64,000 nucleotides of DNA from assembly GCA_040954595.2 (NCBI GenBank), contig CM082590.2, forward strand, positions 3,596,001 through 3,660,000. The letters are read 5' to 3'. Both the position numbers and the translations under genes were made by a program. The notes under the pieces are model-generated. The model was not told the origin of the DNA. It saw nothing but the letters and a program-made list of their open reading frames with translations, and did no database searches. Source of the stretch: Balanoglossus misakiensis (taxonomy: Eukaryota; Animalia; Hemichordata). Below are positions 1 to 10,400 of this stretch, in pieces. Numbering within the stretch: the stretch's first letter is position 1; each line of letters starts with the position of its first letter.

Positions 1-3000
1 GCTGGTGATCTCCTTCCGCTTCTTATCCCTCCTGATCTTGTGTGGTTCGGTGGTGATAAGTCGACTTGCGCCGGTTCCTGTGACGAGAGCCTTCATGGAT
101 TCAAAGTTTACTATACTTTTGTTCCTGAAGCTCAACTTCACGCCCTTAACTTTGCACTCTGTATCCACCACCCCATCACTATTCGGTGCTAACTGATATG
201 CATAGCTCTTGGGTCCGGCGCTGACAAACGTGGTAATATAATTCCCAGATAGTTCGTCGGTGAAATCGCCTAAATAAGAACCGAGCTCAGGATCGTACTG
301 ACCAGGTCTACTGACATATATACATGAGTCTGTGTCAAAGTAGAGGATCTGGTCATCCCTGAACTTCTCCAGAGTCTCGTATAACTTGAGACGGGCTTGA
401 GAGGTGGTGTAACAGGCGATCACAACACTTGATCGCGGGTTCGAGCGTGCAAACTCAGACGCATCTGTGTATGTTATGTTCAAAAGTTCATCGCTGACTA
501 CGTAGAGGTCGTTGACTTCCTTTGTTTCGTCGTTTAAGATGTCGTAGTAGCTCTGCAGGTCAGATACGTAGATCGATTGTGGTAGATTATCCCTCTGTCC
601 GAATTTCCCCCAGAAAGAGTTCAGCAGCAACTTAGCGAGAGAACGCATCGCGGGGTTTGCCGAGATATTCGCTCTATCGAGCAAGATACCCTCACGCTCG
701 TAGTAGTCGGAGATGTATTTCGTCTTCTCCTCTTCCGTCTTACACCAGTCTGGATAACCACTCGCCTCCTGTTTCATCTTCAGAAAGGTGTTAATATATT
801 CAGTGAAGAGACCCCCATCGACATTCTCCTTACTGTACTCTGTCGTATTTGCATAATGCCACACTTCATGGAGTGAAATAATGCGGTATCCAAGCGAAAC
901 AGCCTTCTTTAACTCCAGAGAAGTCCAGACTCCGGTAAGCGCACGCTCTTCATCTGAGTGTAAGCAAACGTGTGTCGAAGCACACTTCTCAGCACAAACC
1001 CGACATAGAGTGAAAACCAATTTATCGTTACACTTTAACGGCAGTAGTGGTAGAAACAATTCACGTGGTGGTAACACTTTACATTTGATTAAACCCTCGA
1101 AAGCTGTTATATCGTTATCGGGCGGGAAACCTTCTGTAATTACTTCGGGGTGACCGACAACGTATTTACCCCATTTGCAAGACCAAGGGTATAAGCTACA
1201 GATATCAACACATTTTATCTCCTCCCCTGGCTTAACTGTATGATACAATTTAACAGCATTCGTGCGCCCGCCGTAGAATCCGTCGCGAGGTTTTAAGCGA
1301 TCGTAGATCGGTAGAGAGCTGATGTATTCTTTCATCTCCCTATCCTCTTTCATTTGTCTCTCGTACTCACACTCCCAAATCTCAACCATGTCGTAACCTG
1401 CCGCGAGAATGAACTGTCTTCGACTCTGTGTCTTATCATACAACTCTTCCATCGTGAGACCGCTAACAGGATTCATAGTTTTTCCCGAATAGCACTTTGG
1501 GCAACCGTGATAGAAACAACCGTAAAACTCTAACACCCGCTTCTGACTCTCAATGTACCCATCAACCCGCAGACTACCGATTTGAAACTCCCCACTGTTT
1601 CTTGCATGCTTTATTTGTTGACCGAGCTTGTGTGATTGATATTTCAACCATCGTTCGCACTTTACCGAAGATTTAACCGGATTAACATACCCCTGACTAG
1701 GAATGAGACCGATGGTATCCTCTTTCATGAAATTTCTCTGAAAGAGTTTCATACACGCAGACGATATAGTTATGGCGTTTCTAAACGGACACATGCCAAT
1801 GTCATCAGTACATGACTCATCGACGCGCTGGGTTTTTGAGGCGTTCATGAATAATTTACGGAACTCTAGACAGGCCAAACGCAAAACATCCACGTCGCTT
1901 TTGCAATAGGCTATCAGTTCTGCCTGAAAGTCGAACTGTTTACCTGCATCAACCATACCGTTGTACCATCGGATAAATTTCTCCCTATCCCCGGGTTTTT
2001 TACCGTCGATATCGTAACTCTCAAGAGGGGGCATGGGGCCAACGTAATTCTGATTCTCGGGGGTGTTAAAGTGAAACGGAAATTCACCCTTCTTGACGTC
2101 TTGTAGGTTGAAAGCCGAGGGTAATTTCTGTAGAGGCATAGGCATGAAGTTTAGACTGTCGATGAGTTTTATTCCGACGTGTGGGACGGTGATACACATA
2201 AATTTACCGCCATTAACTATAACCTCAGGTAGTACACCGTTTTTCTCCAGATACGATAAAACAAAGTAAGAATCATACGCCTGAGAGTTATGAGCCAAGA
2301 CGATAGCCCCCGAATTTTCAGGTGTGAAAAGCCACGCGCAAAACTGTTCGGCAGATGTATCGCCTCTGAATATATACTGATTCTTCCCACATTCGCTGCA
2401 ATGACTTTCATTATCGAGCTGTCGTCGTCCCATACAACTACGACACACGCGCTGTGCTACGCAGAGGTTCGGGATGTGTGTCCCTGTGTCCGGGTGGAAC
2501 CTACTTTCGAAGTCGTAGAAAATAGTTAAATCATGTGGCCGCTTGCGTCCTACACTAGCAGTATCCCCGTCAACACCTACTTCTTTTGTTTTGGTACCTG
2601 ACGCTTTCTTCGCGCTCGCTCGACGTTCCCTATCCTCAGCTGATTCTGCTGCGTTCATATAACACTTATGTCCCTGGGGCATGAAACGGTTGCACGTACG
2701 ACAAATGGATTCACCGCAGATATGACCCTTACCCTTACGTCTAGAATCTTCACGATGGACCCACTGTCCACATTTACGACACCTATAATATTTAACACAC
2801 GTTGTCTTCTTACTCTTCTTAGTTAATGTGCGATGCAGGTCGAAGCATTCTTCACTATAGAAAACACGATTGCATGATTTACAATACACCGCGTTATTTT
2901 CATCAGCACTGGGGTTACTACATTCATTTCTCTTGCAATTTAGACACACTTTTTCGCAGGGGTGTTTATATGCATCATTATAACCCATCTTACACTTGTC

Positions 3001-4377
3001 ACAGTAATACGAACGACCTACCACCACCTTCATACTTGTAATAACATTAAAGTGGTTGTCGTGATAATACAGATATATATATTTATCGGCGTCTGGTCCC
3101 GAATAAATGATGCCGTTACGAGCCGCGTGCTGCGTAGAGTAAACGTTGATTTGATACCCTGGCAAAACAGCCTGGAATCTTTGAACCTCTTGCAACCCAC
3201 ACTTTGCCAGTGGTACCCCTGCATCCTCATGGAGTTTTATAGCTAGTTCACCCTGGATACTTTTGTCTGACTTACGAATCTGATCGTATTTCTTGTGTTT
3301 GTCTATCTTAGCTTTGGCTACAACAATAGCGCGGGCGCAGCAAAGATCATCCTTATTCTGAATACGAATAATAGAGCGTTTAGATACAAAGTACTCTGGC
3401 AGATTGATTTTCTTCATCACAGGACCCCTCCCTCCCTCGGGCATATCAACGTGAACAACATTTACACAAACATCCTCATTTATTTGGAAATCTTCGTATG
3501 ACTGCATTACTCGTTGAATTTGTGCAAATACCTGATCCGTTTTGAAATCCCGTACACATACAAACGGTAAACTAACAGGTTTCTCTAGCTGCGGTGTACG
3601 TAGAACTAACCGAATTTTGTCCCTCGATTTCATGTCGCTAGTCAGCTCACCTATTAACTTATCAAAACGCTGGTAGAGTGCATTTAACGCGTCCTGTAAA
3701 TTTCGGCTTTCCACAGGAGTGAAATTAACTACGTAGTCGCTAGCCGTTGTTTTAAACTTTTTGATGAATCGCTTAGTCACTTCGCGTATCTGATATAATT
3801 CGACATCCTGATCGTCTTGATCAAGACGCCCGCGTTTAGCAGGAGGGGGTGTAGTCGGATCTCTTAATTCGTGAAGTTGAGATCCATGGGAGGGTTGTTG
3901 ATCGCTAACAACATTGACAAATTCTATGGGAGCATCACCACCACGTTGTATACAACTACTGTGTTCGGCGATACTCTGATTTTCACTCATGTATAGGGAA
4001 TCTGATGAACAAGGATGTTCTAACACGTTTGAACTTACCTCAGCATCATGAAGCGCACTCTGACCAAACTCTTGGATTAGGCGGCAACGTGCCTGTAGAC
4101 CGAGGGTACATAGCTTCGGAGTCATGTCAGGGATTTCGGATAGCAATGCATCCAATTCATCGAATGTCTGGCATGTCTGTATTGCCTGTTCAAGCGAGGG
4201 TTGGTGTACTTCCACATAGTTCTCGAGCATCCGGCACCGTGCATCCATGGCCAGGAGGGATAAGTCAGGGGATAGGTTTTCACCATGGGATGCTAGAAGG
4301 TTATCCAGTTCGGCTATGGAGCCACACGCCGCGATGGCTTGTGCAGTTAACGGGGCGGGCTGTGTTCTATCGGCCAT
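1..4377 (-). CDS. polB: Protein-primed family B DNA polymerase polyprotein (terminal-protein region, OTU-like protease, Cys/His zinc region, 3'-5' exonuclease, Vsr-like insertion, polymerase); 3' end just outside window
   Basis: Manual translation from ATG at 4377 (MADRTQPAP...) in a single frame: NKDDLCCARAI and DNHFNV (OTU-like Cys/His), FYDFES (ExoI), AHNSQAYD (ExoII), YCKSDV (ExoIII), VDGY..EFYGCFYHGC..IWECEY (Vsr-like), VDICSLYP (motif A), KLLLNSFWGKF (motif B), YFDTDS (motif C), GPKSY. No stop in any line translated, consistent with the ORF track reporting no stop-terminated ORF in this frame. Confidence 0.96.
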   Translation of the reverse strand, partial: MADRTQPAPLTAQAIAACGSIAELDNLLASHGENLSPDLSLLAMDARCRMLENYVEVHQPSLEQAIQTCQTFDELDALLSEIPDMTPKLCTLGLQARCRLIQEFGQSALHDAEVSSNVLEHPCSSDSLYMSENQSIAEHSSCIQRGGDAPIEFVNVVSDQQPSHGSQLHELRDPTTPPPAKRGRLDQDDQDVELYQIREVTKRFIKKFKTTASDYVVNFTPVESRNLQDALNALYQRFDKLIGELTSDMKSRDKIRLVLRTPQLEKPVSLPFVCVRDFKTDQVFAQIQRVMQSYEDFQINEDVCVNVVHVDMPEGGRGPVMKKINLPEYFVSKRSIIRIQNKDDLCCARAIVVAKAKIDKHKKYDQIRKSDKSIQGELAIKLHEDAGVPLAKCGLQEVQRFQAVLPGYQINVYSTQHAARNGIIYSGPDADKYIYLYYHDNHFNVITSMKVVVGRSYYCDKCKMGYNDAYKHPCEKVCLNCKRNECSNPSADENNAVYCKSCNRVFYSEECFDLHRTLTKKSKKTTCVKYYRCRKCGQWVHREDSRRKGKGHICGESICRTCNRFMPQGHKCYMNAAESAEDRERRASAKKASGTKTKEVGVDGDTASVGRKRPHDLTIFYDFESRFHPDTGTHIPNLCVAQRVCRSCMGRRQLDNESHCSECGKNQYIFRGDTSAEQFCAWLFTPENSGAIVLAHNSQAYDSYFVLSYLEKNGVLPEVIVNGGKFMCITVPHVGIKLIDSLNFMPMPLQKLPSAFNLQDVKKGEFPFHFNTPENQNYVGPMPPLESYDIDGKKPGDREKFIRWYNGMVDAGKQFDFQAELIAYCKSDVDVLRLACLEFRKLFMNASKTQRVDESCTDDIGMCPFRNAITISSACMKLFQRNFMKEDTIGLIPSQGYVNPVKSSVKCERWLKYQSHKLGQQIKHARNSGEFQIGSLRVDGYIESQKRVLEFYGCFYHGCPKCYSGKTMNPVSGLTMEELYDKTQSRRQFILAAGYDMVEIWECEYERQMKEDREMKEYISSLPIYDRLKPRDGFYGGRTNAVKLYHTVKPGEEIKCVDICSLYPWSCKWGKYVVGHPEVITEGFPPDNDITAFEGLIKCKVLPPRELFLPLLPLKCNDKLVFTLCRVCAEKCASTHVCLHSDEERALTGVWTSLELKKAVSLGYRIISLHEVWHYANTTEYSKENVDGGLFTEYINTFLKMKQEASGYPDWCKTEEEKTKYISDYYEREGILLDRANISANPAMRSLAKLLLNSFWGKFGQRDNLPQSIYVSDLQSYYDILNDETKEVNDLYVVSDELLNITYTDASEFARSNPRSSVVIACYTTSQARLKLYETLEKFRDDQILYFDTDSCIYVSRPGQYDPELGSYLGDFTDELSGNYITTFVSAGPKSYAYQLAPNSDGVVDTECKVKGVKLSFRNKSIVNFESMKALVTGTGASRLITTEPHKIRRDKKRKEITS

Positions 4378-4679
4378 AACTGACAACTGAAAGGATGAGA
4401 GGGGTTGCTGAGGAGGGATATGTGTACAGGGATAGACACAAACACCGTCTGATTCAGTTTCTCTTGGAGCTCAAGTCTATTTATTGTAAAAAACAACATA
4501 CCGTTATAGATATGTTAAGTGTATGAACAATTCACACATGTAAAAATGTTGAAAAGAAAAAGAATACACATTGTCTTAGATGTAAAATATGTCATCATTT
4601 TAAAAATTCAGAGTTAAATTGTGATATGTCGGCATCTTTTTTTTTACAAAGGTTACTACGCCGACTCATTGACTAGTTC

Positions 4680-5195
4680 TCATTGTCTTTGATTCTCTCT
4701 CAAGATCAACCGATCCATAAATTCTTCACGGCGGGCATCATCACAGGAGGAATCGCTGTACAGCCACCTCTGTCGGGACATAACTGTTAAAAGGTGGGCG
4801 TTGGTTACATCACTCTCTCTTCGTAATACCCGTATCAACTCACATATGTCCATTCTTTTAAGACCCACTTCGAAGTATGCATATATCTTCTCGGCATTGG
4901 TCAACATTAGACAGTCATGGTGTATCTGCGATGGGTCTTGAAGCTCACAACCTTCACAATTTTCATCGGCTACCTGACATATAAAGACCGATAAATGATC
5001 TTGTAGTAGATCCATGAACTTCGTCTCGTACCGGTACAACGCCTCTTCCTCATCAGCCCACTGGCTGATGAGTTCCTGTTCTTGCGGTGTGAAGTCCCCG
5101 TTATCACCCCATTCTACCGACGGATCCCCATCAATGGTCTGGACTCCTGCAGCGACGGTGGTCTGTTGGTTAAGACATTGGTTTTGGTGTGCCAT
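4680..5195 (-). CDS. Polinton accessory protein, 171 aa, acidic N-terminus plus CEGC...PSQIHHDC putative metal-binding motif
   Basis: ATG-started ORF co-oriented with polB inside the element, with clustered Cys/His, followed by an AT-rich spacer containing AATAAA on the minus strand (~4480-4485). Confidence 0.7.
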   Translation of the reverse strand: MAHQNQCLNQQTTVAAGVQTIDGDPSVEWGDNGDFTPQEQELISQWADEEEALYRYETKFMDLLQDHLSVFICQVADENCEGCELQDPSQIHHDCLMLTNAEKIYAYFEVGLKRMDICELIRVLRRESDVTNAHLLTVMSRQRWLYSDSSCDDARREEFMDRLILRENQRQ

Positions 5196-5338
5196 CTTCC
5201 AGCCGTCTCGTTCTCCGACGTACTGTTAGGATGTAAGGACCTCTGTAATTTTGTGAGGTGTATCTCCAGATCGCTGTCGAGTGATGATGACTTTTCGGCA
5301 ACTTTCCTCGGTGGTTTTATCTCGTTTTCCACAACTCA

Positions 5339-5734
5339 TTACGTAAAACGTGTGAGGAGGGCGTCGATGCAATGCCCCATTCTAACAATACAGGCCCCGC
5401 TACTCACATTTCTATAGGTAAAGCGGTCTTTCACACATGCCAGTTCTGAAAGCGACGGCGGTGGCTGAAAAGACTTGAAAGTCATATTCCAGAAAAGCTC
5501 TAACACATCGTTAGCATCAGTGTGCTGTAGAAAAGTATAACACTCCTTCCCACTAATGTTACCATGCTTTTTCCTAATGTATCGCAAACAGCTTAAAATG
5601 AAATACGTGTTTAACCATTGTATACGATCCTCTTTTTCGATCTCATCAACCACATAATACATCTCCCTACACGAGCAACAAAATCTTGTCTCAGAATGAA
5701 ACCCTTTATCGGTACTCAAGTAGCCACCGACCAC
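5339..5734 (-). CDS. Possible Polinton accessory ORF (up to 131 aa, Cys-rich); start uncertain
   Basis: Co-oriented open frame, but the GTG start lies inside the subterminal repeat; the first ATG is at REMYYVV. No recognisable domain. Confidence 0.35.
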   Translation of the reverse strand: MVGGYLSTDKGFHSETRFCCSCREMYYVVDEIEKEDRIQWLNTYFILSCLRYIRKKHGNISGKECYTFLQHTDANDVLELFWNMTFKSFQPPPSLSELACVKDRFTYRNVSSGACIVRMGHCIDALLTRFT

Positions 5735-6276
5735 GTGGGGGTTAATTAAATAGAAACATCGCCGAATTCAATAACTTTCTATACTTTTAATTTACGTCTC
5801 CATGAAAATATTTCATATCATTACCATATTAAGTATGACCCCCCTCTCTGAAACGCCTCCCTATCAACACCTATGAGAATGACCCCCCTTATCGGTACCC
5901 AAGTAGCCACCGACCACGTGGGGGTTAATTAAATAGAAGTCTTGCCGAATTCAATAACTTTCTATACTTTTAATTAACATCCCCATGAAAATATTTCATA
6001 TCATTACCATACTTATTAAACACCTACTCCATAAAAATACCTGCATCTCATTAATAATATGAATATTAACGAGTACCCAAATAGCCACCTCATCATTAGC
6101 ATATCTGCATCTTATGAATACATGAATATATGAATATTTGAATATATAATGAGTCCCCAAGTAGCCACCTCATTAACATATCTGCATCTCATGAATACAT
6201 GAATATATAATATGAATACATGAATATATGAATATATGAATATGTAATGAGTCCCCAAATAGCCACGTATACTACT
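5700..6276. repeat. Polinton subterminal/TIR region with direct repeats
   Basis: ~130-bp direct repeat at ~5702 and ~5886; five copies of GT(A/C)C(C/T)CAA(G/A)TAGCCAC at 5712, 5895, 6073, 6153 and 6251; ATGAATAT runs. Confidence 0.8.
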
Positions 6277-6386
6277 GTGGTTGAACGTTGATTAACTATA
6301 TATCCACATGTAGAATAACATAAACAGTGTCTCTTATCAAATATTATTAATGGAAAAGGGCAGCGAGAGAGACTTTGTCCCTTTAA
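6277..6386. mobile_element. Right part of a TTAA-flanked palindromic MITE abutting the Polinton end
   Basis: Matches the right arm of the full copy at 18783-19136 and ends GACTTTGTCCCTTTAA. Similar halves at ~7752-7862 and ~9542-9652. Confidence 0.8.
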
Positions 6387-7486
6387 CAAAGTTTAAAGAT
6401 AAAAAGTCCACCAAGTTCACGTAAAGCAAATGTTGAAGTTATCAATGCAGATATTTAACAGAAAGACCAAAGCATCTGATCCATCACAATGATACTGAGT
6501 AAAATGAAAATGTCAGCAGGCGATATTTCGTCATGGCAGCAAAGAGTATGTTAGCCAAGTAAAACCACTGAGTTTTGAAACCTACCCCATTTTTCAGCTT
6601 CAGTGTTACAACCAGCGATGTATTTGGAAGTTGTCTTCGATGCAGAAGTGCGCAAACTACTGGGACGATGGGACAGAAGTCTATATATATAAACAGTGCA
6701 ACAAAGGCACGTGATGAAAGTGTTTTGCATAACAAGACTGATTGGTTCGTTGCCAAAAAAAACCCGAGATATACTTTCTGGGTTATACTGTACTATAAAT
6801 TGCACCTTTGAGTTTGGTGACCGTGAGTACACTTATGAAGTCGCGGTCTGATGAGCACGTTATTGTAAAAGAAACCAGGCCAGGGTCAACAAACACCATT
6901 GTTTGGAATGCATTGTTTTGTGAGATAAACCACACAGATGACTCTCCTTCATCAAAAGAATGACCGACAACACATACAGAGAGAATGAAAAAAGTAGTTC
7001 CTTTCAATACACCGCATCACTCATAAAGACAACTTCTGTACGGCACAGATCACGCGCAGAGGTCATGAAGTTCTACATATTCTTCTACATGTTCTTTGTC
7101 TCTGGCGTTCCATACGTCAGATTTCGTCAGTAGAGAAGTTGTATTCAGCTAAACAGATTGTTCATGGCTTAATCAATTGACTGTGTTTTTTATGCAATTG
7201 ATGTTAATGGTGTTCGACTAGATACAGTTCTACACCACCTGCACAAGATGATTGGTTTACAAAACAAGAATGAAAAGTCAGTTTCATAATGCTAAAACAT
7301 AACAAAAAGTATCAATCAGATATATGTCGTTTGTTTTTTTAAATTTACATTCTTTAAAGGCACATAAGCTGCAACTTTTGGGCTAATTATCATAATTATT
7401 TGTTTCACACTGTACTACAATTAGTCCATGCTGATAAAGGCAGTGAACTATACACAAGCATCATAAACTATAAATATGAGTGCATG

Positions 7487-10400
7487 TGCAACCAGCGAAT
7501 AAATGATATGTGGCGAAGAATGGAGGGGGTGGGTGTGGGAGGGAGGTCCCCCTCGCACATTAGAAAATTTTGTCAAATAAAGGGCGCGAGACTGCAATTT
7601 TGTGGACCCAAAAGCAAAAGTTCGGTGGTAAAAGTATGTGACCCCCTAAACGTTTAAAAAACCCAGATGACCCCCCCCCCCCTTTCGGACTTCAAAATTT
7701 AAGTGACCCCCCCCCCCCCTTGGACTGTGCCGCCCCCCGGCCGTAAAAACTGATCAAACGTTGATTCACTTTATATCCACATGTAGAATATCATTAACAG
7801 TGTCTTGTATCAAACAAAATGAATAGAAAAAGGGCAGCGAGGGAGACACTTTGTACCTTTAATTGAACACGTGTGAAAAGAGCTCTAAACACTAAAAGTA
7901 CAATCAACCTGTAAAAAATAGCCCTGGTGTTAACGCGTACAATGAAATGCTTCCTCTGAATACAAGTAAAAGAAATCATCTTCCAAAGATCTTCCCTTTC
8001 ATTGACATCACGGTGCGGGCGCTGAGTGTATAAAGAAGGCCTTGTTAATCATCGTGACCTGGTTTCACCCAAATGCAATGGGGTTGACTGTTGAACGTGT
8101 GCCAATTCAAGAGTGAACCAGACTGTCTGGGTGTTTTGCGTCTGGCCATTTTTTTTGCAATGAGACTCAGATACCTACACAGGCCGTTCACTTATACATT
8201 TCACAAAAGAAGAGACGAAGGCCACTGATCAGCTACCACACATGCACACTCTAAAGCCAATCACTTTCCCGCAATTCTCCCTAACTTAAATAGGTTTTAA
8301 GCTACCCAAGTGAGTGATGAAAATCAAATATGGTCGACACAATTTCAAGATGGCCGGTTGAGGGCGCGTCAGTAAAGAGCCTTGTAGCGAACCGTGGGCT
8401 GTGAGAGAGTCTAAGGTCAGTGAGTGTCTCTGACTGTCTGTCCCAGGGCTGCTTGAAAGAAGTTGCACTGCATGTAAGATTGCCTTGACACATGACACTT
8501 GATTGGGCATGTTCCTATAGTTCTATTTCTTTTTCACATTTCCATATTTAGAAATGGTTAGGTCATATCTGCTTGCCAATGTTACCTGCAGTGTTCTCTT
8601 AACAAACAAATTTTTTTAAAGCTTTGAGTCAATTTGAAGATTTGTAAAAAATTCTCTGAATCTGTACTTTGCATGTATATGGATAATTTCCTTGAGTCAC
8701 CAGTGAGTCAGTGGTGCATCATATGGGCTTAGAGGGCACACTGACAGTGACAAAACTATACCCCAAAGCTTTCCATAATGGTCCCAAGCAGACATACATT
8801 TCCACAACTTCGCCTCCATAGGCGTAGGAATCAGGAGGGGGGTGGTCACTTGCCCCCCCCCCCCTCCAATGCTGGAGGGGGGGGGGCAAAGAAATACTTT
8901 TGCCCCCCCCTCAACTTTAGGGACAAAAAATTGCGGTTTCGAGATAGTTATATTACAAAAGTTTCTAATGTCAGAGGGGGACACCCCTTCCCACACCCAC
9001 CCCTTTCATTCTTTCACACCTTTCATGTATTGCCTGGTGTACCTGGGCAGAGTACTTGCCCCCCCCCCCCCCCCCACCAATGCTAACTTTGAGCGGCGAA
9101 GGTTATATTTGTCCTTCCCAACAGAGTTGAGTTAATTTGCTTTTGAGTTCATTAAAATGCAGCTTTGAGCTCTGTATTTAATAAAATTTTCTAACGTGGG
9201 CACCCACTCCCAAACCCATCTTTACCAATTCTACTAACTATTGTAATGACTTGTCCTTTTAATTTGTTCATATATTAATTTATGCAACCAGCGAATAAAT
9301 GATATGTGGCGAAGAATGGAGGGGGTGGGTGTGGGAGGGGAGGTCCCCCTCGCACATTAGAAAATTTTGTCAAATAAAGGGCGCGAGACTGCAATTTTGT
9401 GGACTCAAAAGCAAAAGTTCGGTGGTAAAAGTATGTGACCCCCTAAACGTTTAAAAAACCCAGATGACCCCCCCCCCTTTCGGACTTCAAAATTTAAGTG
9501 ACCCCCCCCCTTGGACTGTGCCGCCCCCGGCCGTAAAAACTGATCAAACGTTGATTCACTTTATATCCACATGTAGAATATCATTAACAGTGTCTTGTAT
9601 CAAACAAAATGAATAGAAAAAGGGCAGCGAGGGAGACACTTTGTACCTTTAATTGAACACGTGTGAAAAGAGCTCTAAACACTAAAAGTACAATCAACCT
9701 GTAAAAAATAGCCCTGGTGTTAACGCGTACAATGAAATGCTTCCTCTGAATACAAGTAAAAGAAATCATCTTCCAAAGATCTTCCCTTTCATTGACATCA
9801 CGGTGCGGGCGCTGAGTGTATAAAGAAGGCCTTGTTAATCATCGTTACCTGGTTTCACCCAAATGCAATGGGGTTGACAGTTGAACGTGTGCCAATTCAA
9901 GAGTGAACCAGACTGTCTGGGTGTTTTGCGTCTGGCCATTTTTTTTGCAATGAGACTCAGATACCTACACAGGCCGTTCACTTATACATTTCACAAAAGA
10001 AGAGACGAAGGCCACTGATCAGCTACCACACATGCACACTCTAAAGCCAATCACTTTCCCGCAATTCTCCCTAACTTAAATAGGTTTTAAGCTACCCAAG
10101 TGAGTGATGAAAATCAAATATGGTCGACACAATTTCAAGATGGCCGGTTGAGGGCGCGTCAGTAAAGAGCCTTGTAGCGAACCGTGGGCTGTGAGAGAGT
10201 CTAAGGTCAGTGAGTGTCTCTGACTGTCTGTCCCAGGGCTGCTTGAAAGAAGTTGCACTGCATGTAAGATTGCCTTGACACATGACACTTGATTGGGCAT
10301 GTTCCTATAGTTCTATTTCTTTTTCACATTTCCATATTTAGAAATGGTTAGGTCATATCTGCTTGCCAATGTTACCTGCAGTGTTCTCTTAACAAACAAA

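Larger units (their letters stand above)
1..6276 (-). mobile_element. Polinton/Maverick (adintovirus-like) element, one end; continues beyond window start
   Basis: Contains a protein-primed PolB ORF, small Cys-rich ORFs and AT-rich subterminal repeats. It ends in ACTACT at 6271-6276 (AGTAGT on the minus strand, the typical Polinton terminus), followed abruptly by an unrelated MITE half. Integrase, ATPase, protease and capsid genes are not in the window. Confidence 0.93.

Noticed and set aside
4005-4379. 124-aa plus-strand ORF
   Set aside because: Antisense to the polB N-terminus, whose minus-strand frame shows the protein-level repeat.
6484-7007. Overlapping short ORFs and a CTGATGA...GAAAC hammerhead-like word at ~6849
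   Set aside because: No recognisable protein in the frames examined, and the hammerhead stems do not form.
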